This document shows, in pieces, positions 8,928 to 16,473 of a DNA stretch of 31,768 bases. A model generated the notes under the pieces. It was not told the origin of the DNA and ran no database searches. It saw only the letters and a program-made list of their open reading frames with translations. Numbering within the stretch: position 1 is the stretch's first letter; each line of letters starts with the position of its first letter. The stretch is from Fibrobacteria bacterium. Its GTDB lineage: Bacteria; Fibrobacterota; Fibrobacteria; UBA11236. A program made the translations under genes and the position numbers. The stretch is taken from contig JBGTHM010000084.1 of assembly GCA_041746255.1 (NCBI GenBank), forward strand, positions 1 through 31,768, read 5' to 3'.

Positions 8928-11900
8928 CTAAAACGCCGCCCTGGCTTCCGCCGAAAAACGCTGCAACAAATCCTGGCGGTCCGGTTCCTTGCGGGCCACA
9001 TAATTCAAGTACAAGAACATATGGGTTCCCACCCGGAAATTGGCCCCCGCCTCCATACGCTGGGTCAGTCCCAATCGATGCCCCCCCGCCGCGTAGAGAC
9101 CCGCCTCTCCACTTCCTTGAAAATACTCCATGCCATATTCGAGGAATGCACGCCCGTCATAAAGCGCTCCTTTTTCCACGCGCAGTCTCGGCTTATACCC
9201 GAACCACGACGCTTTCCCGTCTAAGGAACCTGGAACGCTTCCTTCGATATGGCTGACTTCGAATGAAGGTTTCAAGGCGTAATGGCGCGGAAAATGCCGC
9301 GTAATTTCACCGCCCCCGGCCTGGCTTCGACCTTCGGCGCCTCCACCCGACTCCCGCAAACTGGTCCGTCCCCGGTAATCGTAGCTTTGGTAAAAAGAGT
9401 ATTCCCAACGCGAGCTGACTTCATGGCGGAAATCCGTTTTCTCGCGCCAGCGCTTTTCCCGGTAGGCCCGCTCACCCGCAGCGCGATCGTAAATTCGCTC
9501 CAAGGTGATATTCGCCACACGCGCGGCGCCCGGGTGCGTCCAGGACAGCCGGCCTTGGTAGCGGCTGGCGCCGGAAAAAACCCCGTCGATTTGCGCGTCG
9601 GTAAAAAGGGGGATAAGACTTTCTACGCTTGTGCTGTCCTGGTGTCGAAGGTCCCAATCCAATTGCAATTGGATATCGGCGAGAAAACCGCCGGGCGAAA
9701 ATCCGAAGCGGGCGGGGCGGAGAAACACGTCCCCCAGCCACCCCAATTCTTGGTAAGGTCTTTCTCCCAACCCTTGATCGCGTTGCAAACCTACGAGTAT
9801 GAAATCGCCTCCCACTTCGACGGGTTGGTAAAGATCCAGCGTTTCGTCGTAGATGTAATCGCCTTGGCCGTCGGGTACGCGGGCATAACTTTCGATCAGC
9901 GGAATCTGGGCGGTGCGGTTTACCCGATAGGTGGAGGAAAATGAATAGCCCCGAGCCGCATCCTGTACTTGATTGTTCCATTCGGCGAGTACGAAATCCG
10001 CCGTCTCCGATTCGGCCGGATAGTCGCCTTCGGGAGACAGCCTCCACTCTTCGTGCTTACGCAGCGAATAAAAAATATCCGATGACCATGGACCCATCCG
10101 GAACAAATTGGCCGCATGCCTGAAGCCGATGGCTCGCACCGAATCGCGCGGGGAATCAAGCCGGCCCCCGAAATTGGAATATTGCCGCAGTACCGAAATT
10201 CCCGGCGTCCATTGCAATCGCTCCCACCACCTGGGAAACGCCAGGGAAAAATCGGCTTCTTCTTTGATGGAACGGGAAAACTCCATATCCGTCCCCTGGT
10301 CGGCAAGCCATTCGTTCCGCGTCCAGGCCGCCTCCGGTGTCAGACCACCCGCCTCCAGCCGGGCTAAAGCGGACTGCCGGTAATTATCCGCGCGCAAAGG
10401 CGATAACGCTTTTCTCGCGCCGGTTTCCATGCGGATAAAAGTTCTATCCCCTCCCATTTTGGCGAAGCCCACTTGCCGAATCGATTGGAGATCGTCCGCT
10501 CGCGCTCCGGATATATCCCGTGTGTGGGCTTTAGCCCAACCCATTTCTCCGCCCACGCGAATATTGCGCAACAGGTGATCTTCCAATGTTATTACATCCG
10601 AACTGAAATCCCTTTCACCGGCCTCCGGTTCCAGATTCCAGGCGTCACGAAAAGCGCGAGGATCGATATATTGTTTGAAAGCCTGGAAATTTGGGGACCG
10701 ACGGTGGTTATCGAAACCCAGGCGCAGCCGCCCGAACCCTCCCTCCCCGAAGGGGCGGCCCCAAATTTGTCCCATGCGATATTGCGTCATATATCCGAAG
10801 TTGTCCTCATTATCCAGGGTCGAAAAGAGGTTGCGATCCAATTGCGTGCCCTTTACCACCAAGTGGGATTGATGGTTCTCTCCTAATTCCAGCCGGGTTT
10901 CGGCCACGGCCGCAGACTGGCGCCGAGGCGGCGTAATGCGTCCCAGGGACGTATCCAGGAGGGGATCACCATCCCCGAGTGCCCGTAATTTTTCAATTTT
11001 GAGACTGTCGAGAGAAATCCTGAGAGGATGGTCCTGGTTTTCCCATTCCTGAATCGCCCGTACCGACCATTGCCAAGCGCCCTGTCCATCCTCGACCTCG
11101 CCTCCGTAGAGATAGCGCGGAAAATCCTGATCCGTATATTGGAACTCCACCGAGAAGAGGTTTTCGCTGGATACGATGACTTCCTTGAGGAAATCCAGCC
11201 TGCCTTCACCATAGTCGATGGTGTAATGGCGGCCCCGCTGCAATTTTTCCCCGTTGCGATAGACGGTTTCCGTGCCCGAAAGTACGGTGATGAAACGGTT
11301 GCCGTCGCTTCCTCTCAAGTAATAACCTCGCTGCTTCCCATCCACTCCCCAAAGCGTATCGGTTTGGTATTGCCCATTGCTGCTGGAAAAATGCCCCCGC
11401 ACCTTCAGCTCTTCGCGACCATACTCGGCTTGTACGCCTTCAACCTTGGCGGTATAAGCATCCACTCCCGACTTCCCGTGACGCAGCAGATAATCCCCCA
11501 GCATATAGGAGTAGTCATCGCCGTAAACGCGCACGAAAATGGCATCCACCTCCTTAAGCGTGGCGGTGTTGCCTTCGGGCTGTATGGGTACGTTCTGGTC
11601 GGATAAATGCCCTTCGATGAAAACGTTCTTGGCCAATTGTCCCTTGATGTCGAGAAACAGAGCCTGGTCCAAACCGAGCCCGCCTCCCTCGCCGAAAGAA
11701 AGGGAGAGCGAATGGCTGCCCCCGTATTCCAGGTTATAGGGCTCGGCTTCCGCAGCGGAAGGTCGGGCGAAACCGGAGCTGGACATTTCCTTTCCCAATT
11801 GAGTGGACTCGTTCCATATCGGTACCTCTTCCTGGCGTAGCCAGGGTCCTGGTCCTTGAGAAAGCAAAGGAGAATGGTAAATATCCAGGCAGAGGGTATC

Positions 11901-12209
11901 GGAATCGCCGGGTTGAAAGGCCAACTGCAGACTCGCGGAATCCGGAGCGAGGCGGTAATCCCTTTCGCGCAAAAGCAGTCGCCCATTGAGGTGGACCGTT
12001 AGGAGATCTATGGCCCCCAGACCCGAGGAGGGCCGCCATTCGCTCCCTTCAGGCCCGGTATGACAATGGGTTCGTTTCAACCATCCCGGCGGACCGGCGG
12101 TTGAACGGGGATCGGCATGAGGCGACGGGAGGAGTATCCCGCCGGTGACCATGCCGATCAATAGGTATAGCTTAACCACTTTGCGCGAACCCTCCACGGC
12201 ATCCCGCAA
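8928..12209 (-). CDS. Large (~1,090 aa) putative outer-membrane beta-barrel protein of unknown function
   Basis: Long ORF with an N-terminal hydrophobic segment, many amphipathic strands and C-terminal FSAEARAAF. Contains DQNVPIQPEGNT and two YxxDY/ERDY-type modules. Annotated start is TTG; GTG at 12179, with GGAGGG 10 nt upstream, is an alternative. Confidence 0.75.
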   Translation of the reverse strand: MRDAVEGSRKVVKLYLLIGMVTGGILLPSPHADPRSTAGPPGWLKRTHCHTGPEGSEWRPSSGLGAIDLLTVHLNGRLLLRERDYRLAPDSASLQLAFQPGDSDTLCLDIYHSPLLSQGPGPWLRQEEVPIWNESTQLGKEMSSSGFARPSAAEAEPYNLEYGGSHSLSLSFGEGGGLGLDQALFLDIKGQLAKNVFIEGHLSDQNVPIQPEGNTATLKEVDAIFVRVYGDDYSYMLGDYLLRHGKSGVDAYTAKVEGVQAEYGREELKVRGHFSSSNGQYQTDTLWGVDGKQRGYYLRGSDGNRFITVLSGTETVYRNGEKLQRGRHYTIDYGEGRLDFLKEVIVSSENLFSVEFQYTDQDFPRYLYGGEVEDGQGAWQWSVRAIQEWENQDHPLRISLDSLKIEKLRALGDGDPLLDTSLGRITPPRRQSAAVAETRLELGENHQSHLVVKGTQLDRNLFSTLDNEDNFGYMTQYRMGQIWGRPFGEGGFGRLRLGFDNHRRSPNFQAFKQYIDPRAFRDAWNLEPEAGERDFSSDVITLEDHLLRNIRVGGEMGWAKAHTRDISGARADDLQSIRQVGFAKMGGDRTFIRMETGARKALSPLRADNYRQSALARLEAGGLTPEAAWTRNEWLADQGTDMEFSRSIKEEADFSLAFPRWWERLQWTPGISVLRQYSNFGGRLDSPRDSVRAIGFRHAANLFRMGPWSSDIFYSLRKHEEWRLSPEGDYPAESETADFVLAEWNNQVQDAARGYSFSSTYRVNRTAQIPLIESYARVPDGQGDYIYDETLDLYQPVEVGGDFILVGLQRDQGLGERPYQELGWLGDVFLRPARFGFSPGGFLADIQLQLDWDLRHQDSTSVESLIPLFTDAQIDGVFSGASRYQGRLSWTHPGAARVANITLERIYDRAAGERAYREKRWREKTDFRHEVSSRWEYSFYQSYDYRGRTSLRESGGGAEGRSQAGGGEITRHFPRHYALKPSFEVSHIEGSVPGSLDGKASWFGYKPRLRVEKGALYDGRAFLEYGMEYFQGSGEAGLYAAGGHRLGLTQRMEAGANFRVGTHMFLYLNYVARKEPDRQDLLQRFSAEARAAF

Positions 12210-12212
12210 CGC

Positions 12213-12998
12213 CTATGCGTCGGGACAGGGTTCGAGGGTTTTTTTCTCCGGTGCATAACAAAGGCCCGCCGCCGTGGATTGGCCCGAGGCGGTTTCCGGA
12301 AGCTTAAAATACAAGCTCCCGTATTTTTCTCCCGCGAAGGTAGTGGGCGCGGTTCCACTTTCGGATCCACGTTTGGGGTTCATATAATCATCGAAACATT
12401 TCCATTCCGAGCCGGCCCGGCAGCATAAATCCGGACTATAGGGAAGCCAGACGCATTGTTGTAAACCCAGGGAAATATCGAAAGTCTGTCTTAACTGTAA
12501 TTGGCTGCTTTGCCCGCGCAACGACATTTCCGCGAAACGCGCGACCTTGCCCCTATTTTTGTCTATGGCTGTAAAGGCCCCATCGGGGGTCCAGAATAAA
12601 TCGATGGACTCCAGCCCTCCCAAAGGCCAGGGACGCGGTAAGGACATGCAGCTTAGGAGCTGCGCGTAACCGTCGAATTGACAGATGCGATGACCGGCCT
12701 TATCCAGTAAGAAGAAGTGCCCCCGGCGGCCCGCCGCCGCCTGAACGGGGTAGAAAGGCATCTCCGGAACGGAAAGGGAGAGCCAGCGCGTTCGGTCCTG
12801 CAAATAGGCGCGCGCGGAATCGGCCGGGATTCCGGGATTCCATTTCTGATAGGTCAAGTCGGTGAAATTAAGCAACAGTACCGATCCCTCCCCGGGAACG
12901 ATGGCATCCACCGATCGCGGTGCGAGGGGCCCGTTTTGCACGGTCGGCGCGCATGCCGATAAAACCGCCAGCACGTACCCGAGAAGAATTTTCAGCAT
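12213..12998 (-). CDS. Putative lipoprotein, Cys-rich, with an NHL/beta-propeller-like segment
   Basis: Lipobox LSAC (Cys16), eight further Cys, and GHFFLLDKAGHRICQFD resembling an NHL repeat. 3-nt gap to the next gene. Confidence 0.7.
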   Translation of the reverse strand: MLKILLGYVLAVLSACAPTVQNGPLAPRSVDAIVPGEGSVLLLNFTDLTYQKWNPGIPADSARAYLQDRTRWLSLSVPEMPFYPVQAAAGRRGHFFLLDKAGHRICQFDGYAQLLSCMSLPRPWPLGGLESIDLFWTPDGAFTAIDKNRGKVARFAEMSLRGQSSQLQLRQTFDISLGLQQCVWLPYSPDLCCRAGSEWKCFDDYMNPKRGSESGTAPTTFAGEKYGSLYFKLPETASGQSTAAGLCYAPEKKTLEPCPDA

Positions 12999-13065
12999 GC
13001 GAATATTGTAGCCTCTTTTACCCCAAAAAACGATAGGAGCGCCTGCCGGTAGGGTATTTGCGCGA

Positions 13066-13099
13066 AGTGCGCAAAATCCTGCGCAGAACTCTGCGCACT
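13066..13099. promoter_or_regulatory. Putative upstream activator sequence: three TGCGCA palindromes at 12-bp spacing within a 34-bp quasi-palindrome
   Basis: AGTGCGCAaaatccTGCGCAgaactcTGCGCACT, with TGCGCA at 13068, 13080 and 13092 and partial copies at 13059 and 13103. About 110-140 bp upstream of the predicted sigma54 start site. Confidence 0.6.
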
Positions 13100-13180
13100 C
13101 ACTGCGCCTTCCGAGTGGCTTATTCCCCCAAAGGCCTGGAAATCGAAGAAATACATGCCTTTCACCGTACCCAAAATAAA

Positions 13181-13195
13181 TGGCACGGCCATTGC
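13181..13195 (+). promoter_or_regulatory. Sigma54 (-24/-12) promoter of the ECF sigma gene
   Basis: TGGCAC-GGCCA-TTGC matches TGGCAC-N5-TTGC exactly, with an A-tract just upstream and a sigma54 activator gene encoded next door. Confidence 0.8.
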
Positions 13196-13209
13196 GTTAC
13201 CCTCATTCC

Positions 13210-13755
13210 ATGATGAATACAATGACCCAATCCGCTCCCACTACTCTTCACCTTGACGCTTGGTACCAAAGCCACAAATCCGCGGTTATGCGTATTTGCA
13301 GCCGATACGTATCGGATAAGATGTTGGCCGAAGACCTCGTGCAGGAAATCTTCATGAAGCTTATCGACGGACGCTCAAGTTTCATGGGACTCAGCCAGGA
13401 GTCGACATGGATCCATCGCGTCGCGGTGAATCATTGCATCGACCATTTGCGACGGAGTAAGCGGCGCCGGGAGTTGTTGGACCAGTTCAGCCCCGAACTC
13501 ATGGTGGATTACGAAGAGGCTGACCCCGTCGCGGAAGAGAACCCCCTACTGGGATTACTGCGAGAGTCGCTGGAAGAACTGGATATGGGTTGGAAACAAA
13601 TCGTCTTCTTACGCTACGAAGTTGGAATGACTCATGTTCAAATCGCCGAAATTTACGGGCTCTCGCGGGTGGCCATAACCCGTCGGCTCAATCGCTTTCA
13701 ACAGCGTCTGGAAAAGAAGTTGCGCGCCAAACAAAGCTTAAGGGAAGTCAATTAG
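13210..13755 (+). CDS. ECF-type (sigma70 group 4) RNA polymerase sigma factor
   Basis: Region 2: AEDLVQEIFMKL and STWIHRVAVNHCIDHLRR. Region 4: LRYEVGMTHVQIAEIYGLSRVAITRRL. The track's start at 13180 falls inside the sigma54 promoter, so 13210, 13213 or 13222 is more likely. Confidence 0.9.
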   Translation: MMNTMTQSAPTTLHLDAWYQSHKSAVMRICSRYVSDKMLAEDLVQEIFMKLIDGRSSFMGLSQESTWIHRVAVNHCIDHLRRSKRRRELLDQFSPELMVDYEEADPVAEENPLLGLLRESLEELDMGWKQIVFLRYEVGMTHVQIAEIYGLSRVAITRRLNRFQQRLEKKLRAKQSLREVN

Positions 13756-13801
13756 GCTTGGATGAATCTCTACCCCGCAGCGGACGGGCTGGTCTGAACC
13801 C

Positions 13802-15157
13802 TCAGGCCAGCCCGTACTCCTTGATTTTATAAAGCAGCGAGCGACGGCTGATACCCAGGCTCTCGGCGGTTTGGGTCTTATTCCAACGATTCTTATCCAA
13901 GGCTTTGAGAATCACATCTTTCTCGGCGGATTGGCGGCTTTCGCGAATCCCACCTTCCTGAGTTGCCGCCGTCGTTTCGGCATCGGCCGCAACATCGAAG
14001 GAAAAGTGCAACTTGCCTTCGGAACCCAAAACCACGGCCCTTTCAATCAGATTGCCCAACTCACGGATATTCCCGGGCCACCGATGCCGTGCCAATTGCG
14101 CGCGATCGGAGTCGGAGAACACATAGGCGCATCCATAACGTTCATTGAAATAAGCGAGAAAATAATCCGCCAACAATTGGATATCGTTTCCCCGGCTGCG
14201 CAAGGGCGGAAGTTCGCAGGGAATGATGTTGAGGCGGTAATACAAATCCTCGCGAAAGGCGCCATTACGAACTTCTTGCATGAGGTTGCGGTTGGTGGCC
14301 GCTATCAAGCGGAAATCCACTTTGCGAGGCCTGACGCTTCCCACCGGATCGATACTTCTTTCCTGGAGGGCGCGCAGAAGTTTGACCTGCATCGAGAGAG
14401 GCATCTCTCCGATTTCGTCCAGAAACAGGGTACCACCGTTCGCGAGCTCGAATTTTCCCGGCTTTGAGGACACGGCTCCGGTAAACGCCCCTTTTTCATG
14501 GCCGAAAAACTCGGATTCCATCAGGTTTTCCGGAATCGCTCCGCAGTTAACCGCGATGAAGGGCCCTTCCGCGCGTTGGCTGTGGCGATGGATGGCGCGT
14601 GCCAAGACTTCCTTACCCGTTCCGCTTTCACCGCAAACCAACACCGTGGTATCGTTTTTCGCAGCCTTCAATGCCTGTTCGAGACAAGCGATAAAAATCG
14701 GGCTTTGTCCTATGATTCCGTCCCGTCCCTTCTCTTCAGGGGGAACGAGACCCGGTTCCAGTACACTGTTTTTCTCGGCTAACAAGCGGGAGACGATTTG
14801 ACGCACTTCCGGATTTTCGAATGGCTTGGTTAAAAAATCGGACGCGCCGTAGCGCAAGGCCCGCACCGCGGTGTCGAGGGAGCCATGCGCGGTAATCATG
14901 ATGAACCGCACCGAAGGGTGCTCTCTTTTCACCTCCTTCAGAAACTCCAGGCCGTTTTGTCCCGGCATTTGAACGTCGCAGAGAACGATGTCCAGATTCT
15001 CCTCTTGTACGATTTCCCGCGCGGATTCGGCGGAGGCGGCCATGAATAAGGCGGAGGCGAGTGGCTTCAGGGTTTCACCGAGAATCTCGCGGATATGCTC
15101 TTCATCATCGATGATAAGGATCCGGCCTTTGATCGATTCGTCCATGTTTTTATCCAT
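13802..15157 (-). CDS. Sigma54-dependent response regulator, NtrC/AtoC family (REC-AAA+-Fis HTH)
   Basis: REC (ILIIDDE, LCDVQMPG, MITAHG, LTKPF), GESGTGKE, GAFTGA, LFLDEIGEM, FREDLYYRL, WPGNIREL, C-terminal HTH. Start at 15157 (overlapping the HK stop) or 15145, not 15358. Confidence 0.95.
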   Translation of the reverse strand: MDKNMDESIKGRILIIDDEEHIREILGETLKPLASALFMAASAESAREIVQEENLDIVLCDVQMPGQNGLEFLKEVKREHPSVRFIMITAHGSLDTAVRALRYGASDFLTKPFENPEVRQIVSRLLAEKNSVLEPGLVPPEEKGRDGIIGQSPIFIACLEQALKAAKNDTTVLVCGESGTGKEVLARAIHRHSQRAEGPFIAVNCGAIPENLMESEFFGHEKGAFTGAVSSKPGKFELANGGTLFLDEIGEMPLSMQVKLLRALQERSIDPVGSVRPRKVDFRLIAATNRNLMQEVRNGAFREDLYYRLNIIPCELPPLRSRGNDIQLLADYFLAYFNERYGCAYVFSDSDRAQLARHRWPGNIRELGNLIERAVVLGSEGKLHFSFDVAADAETTAATQEGGIRESRQSAEKDVILKALDKNRWNKTQTAESLGISRRSLLYKIKEYGLA

Positions 15158-16472
15158 CTCCTTCGCTCCAGGCGCGCAAGGAAAGTGTGAAACGCGCACC
15201 GGGTTCTTTGGGGGTAAAATAAAGTTCTCCACCCATCTCGCGCGCGATTTTCCGGGACAGGGCGAGTCCAAGCCCCGTACCCTGGGAAGAGGTGGTAAAG
15301 AAGGGGGAAAATAGTTTTTCCTGGTGCTCAGCGGAAATTCCGGGACCTTCATCTTCAATGGCGACTTCGATTAAAGCGTCCCGAGTACCCACGCGTACTT
15401 CCACGGGCTTGTCCTTGGGCTGGTATCGCAAGGCATTCTGGCAAAGGTTGAGGAGGATTTGCCGCACTCCCTCGGGATCCGCCTGCACCAGGGCGGCTTG
15501 TCCGCTTTCCCGGAAACGCACCTTGGGAGTTTCATGCAAATCGTTTTGCTGGTCACAGAAATCACTCGCCAGTTCCGAGACGTCCATTCGGCAGGGAGCC
15601 AAACTGAAAGGCCTGGAAAATTGCAGGAATTGCTGTACGACGTCGTTCAGCCGCACGGCGTCCTTCAATATCATGGAAATGAATTTGGGATTGCCTTTGC
15701 CCTCGTCCCGCAAAATCTGGGCCGCCCCGTATATGCCCTCGAGCGGGTTCTTGATTTCATGCGCCACTCCGGCGGCCATGGCGGCCCGTTCCGTGGCCCG
15801 ATGCGCTGACTCCGATTCGTTTACGCGTAAATGTACCAGGCGCTTTACGTTACGCACGAGAAACATGATGAGGTAGGTGAAAGTACCGAGATAGATCACG
15901 TTGTACCCGACATATAATCCGCTTACCCGTGAAGTGACCGCATGATCGAGCGAAGTACCCAGTTCCAGATTGCCGTCGAAAAGGAAATAAACGAATAACA
16001 GCGAATAAAGCCCCATGGCGAGCGCGCCGCTATAAAAAGCCAGTCCCCGGCTGAAACGCAAGGCCGCAAGGCCCATGCAGCAAAAATAGCTGAGAAAGGT
16101 GGGAACCTTTAGGGAATAAGCCGGTCCCAAGGTGTATTGGTAGATGAAGATCATTCCCGTAATCACCAGCATGTCCATGGTGGTGGAAAGGTATTTGAAC
16201 CAAGGCCGGTAGGGTCGTTTCAACAAATAGATATGAAAACCGATGGCCCAGGTAATCCAAACGACGCCTCCTCCGATATTCGCGATATTGCTGTGATAGG
16301 CATTATTCGCGGCGTTCATTCCCGTGACGGTCAGCCAAGCCACCAAGTAAAGGGTGCGGATGAAATTGGAAGTCCTTTCCGCCCGCGCCTCCTCCTGTAA
16401 CCAAACGTCCCGCCGCCTTTCCGCCGGATGCAGGCGGGTTAGACGATGGAAAAGAACCAGGAAGGCCTTCAT
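15150..16472 (-). CDS. Multi-pass membrane sensor histidine kinase
   Basis: About six hydrophobic segments, then H-box VAHEIKNPL, N-box LLNLCQNA, G1 EDEGPGI, F-box LFSPFFTT and G2 GTGLGL. Confidence 0.95.
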   Translation of the reverse strand: MKAFLVLFHRLTRLHPAERRRDVWLQEEARAERTSNFIRTLYLVAWLTVTGMNAANNAYHSNIANIGGGVVWITWAIGFHIYLLKRPYRPWFKYLSTTMDMLVITGMIFIYQYTLGPAYSLKVPTFLSYFCCMGLAALRFSRGLAFYSGALAMGLYSLLFVYFLFDGNLELGTSLDHAVTSRVSGLYVGYNVIYLGTFTYLIMFLVRNVKRLVHLRVNESESAHRATERAAMAAGVAHEIKNPLEGIYGAAQILRDEGKGNPKFISMILKDAVRLNDVVQQFLQFSRPFSLAPCRMDVSELASDFCDQQNDLHETPKVRFRESGQAALVQADPEGVRQILLNLCQNALRYQPKDKPVEVRVGTRDALIEVAIEDEGPGISAEHQEKLFSPFFTTSSQGTGLGLALSRKIAREMGGELYFTPKEPGARFTLSLRAWSEGDG

Positions 16473-16473
16473 A

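Noticed and set aside
7302..12209. Labelling the pair tamA-tamB or housekeeping bamA
   Set aside because: The Omp85 is short for BamA, and I could not recognise TamB/DUF490 features in the large partner; left at family level.
15158..15358. N-terminal extension of the sigma54 regulator
   Set aside because: It overlaps the kinase ATPase domain in another frame; the REC domain starts just after 15157/15145.
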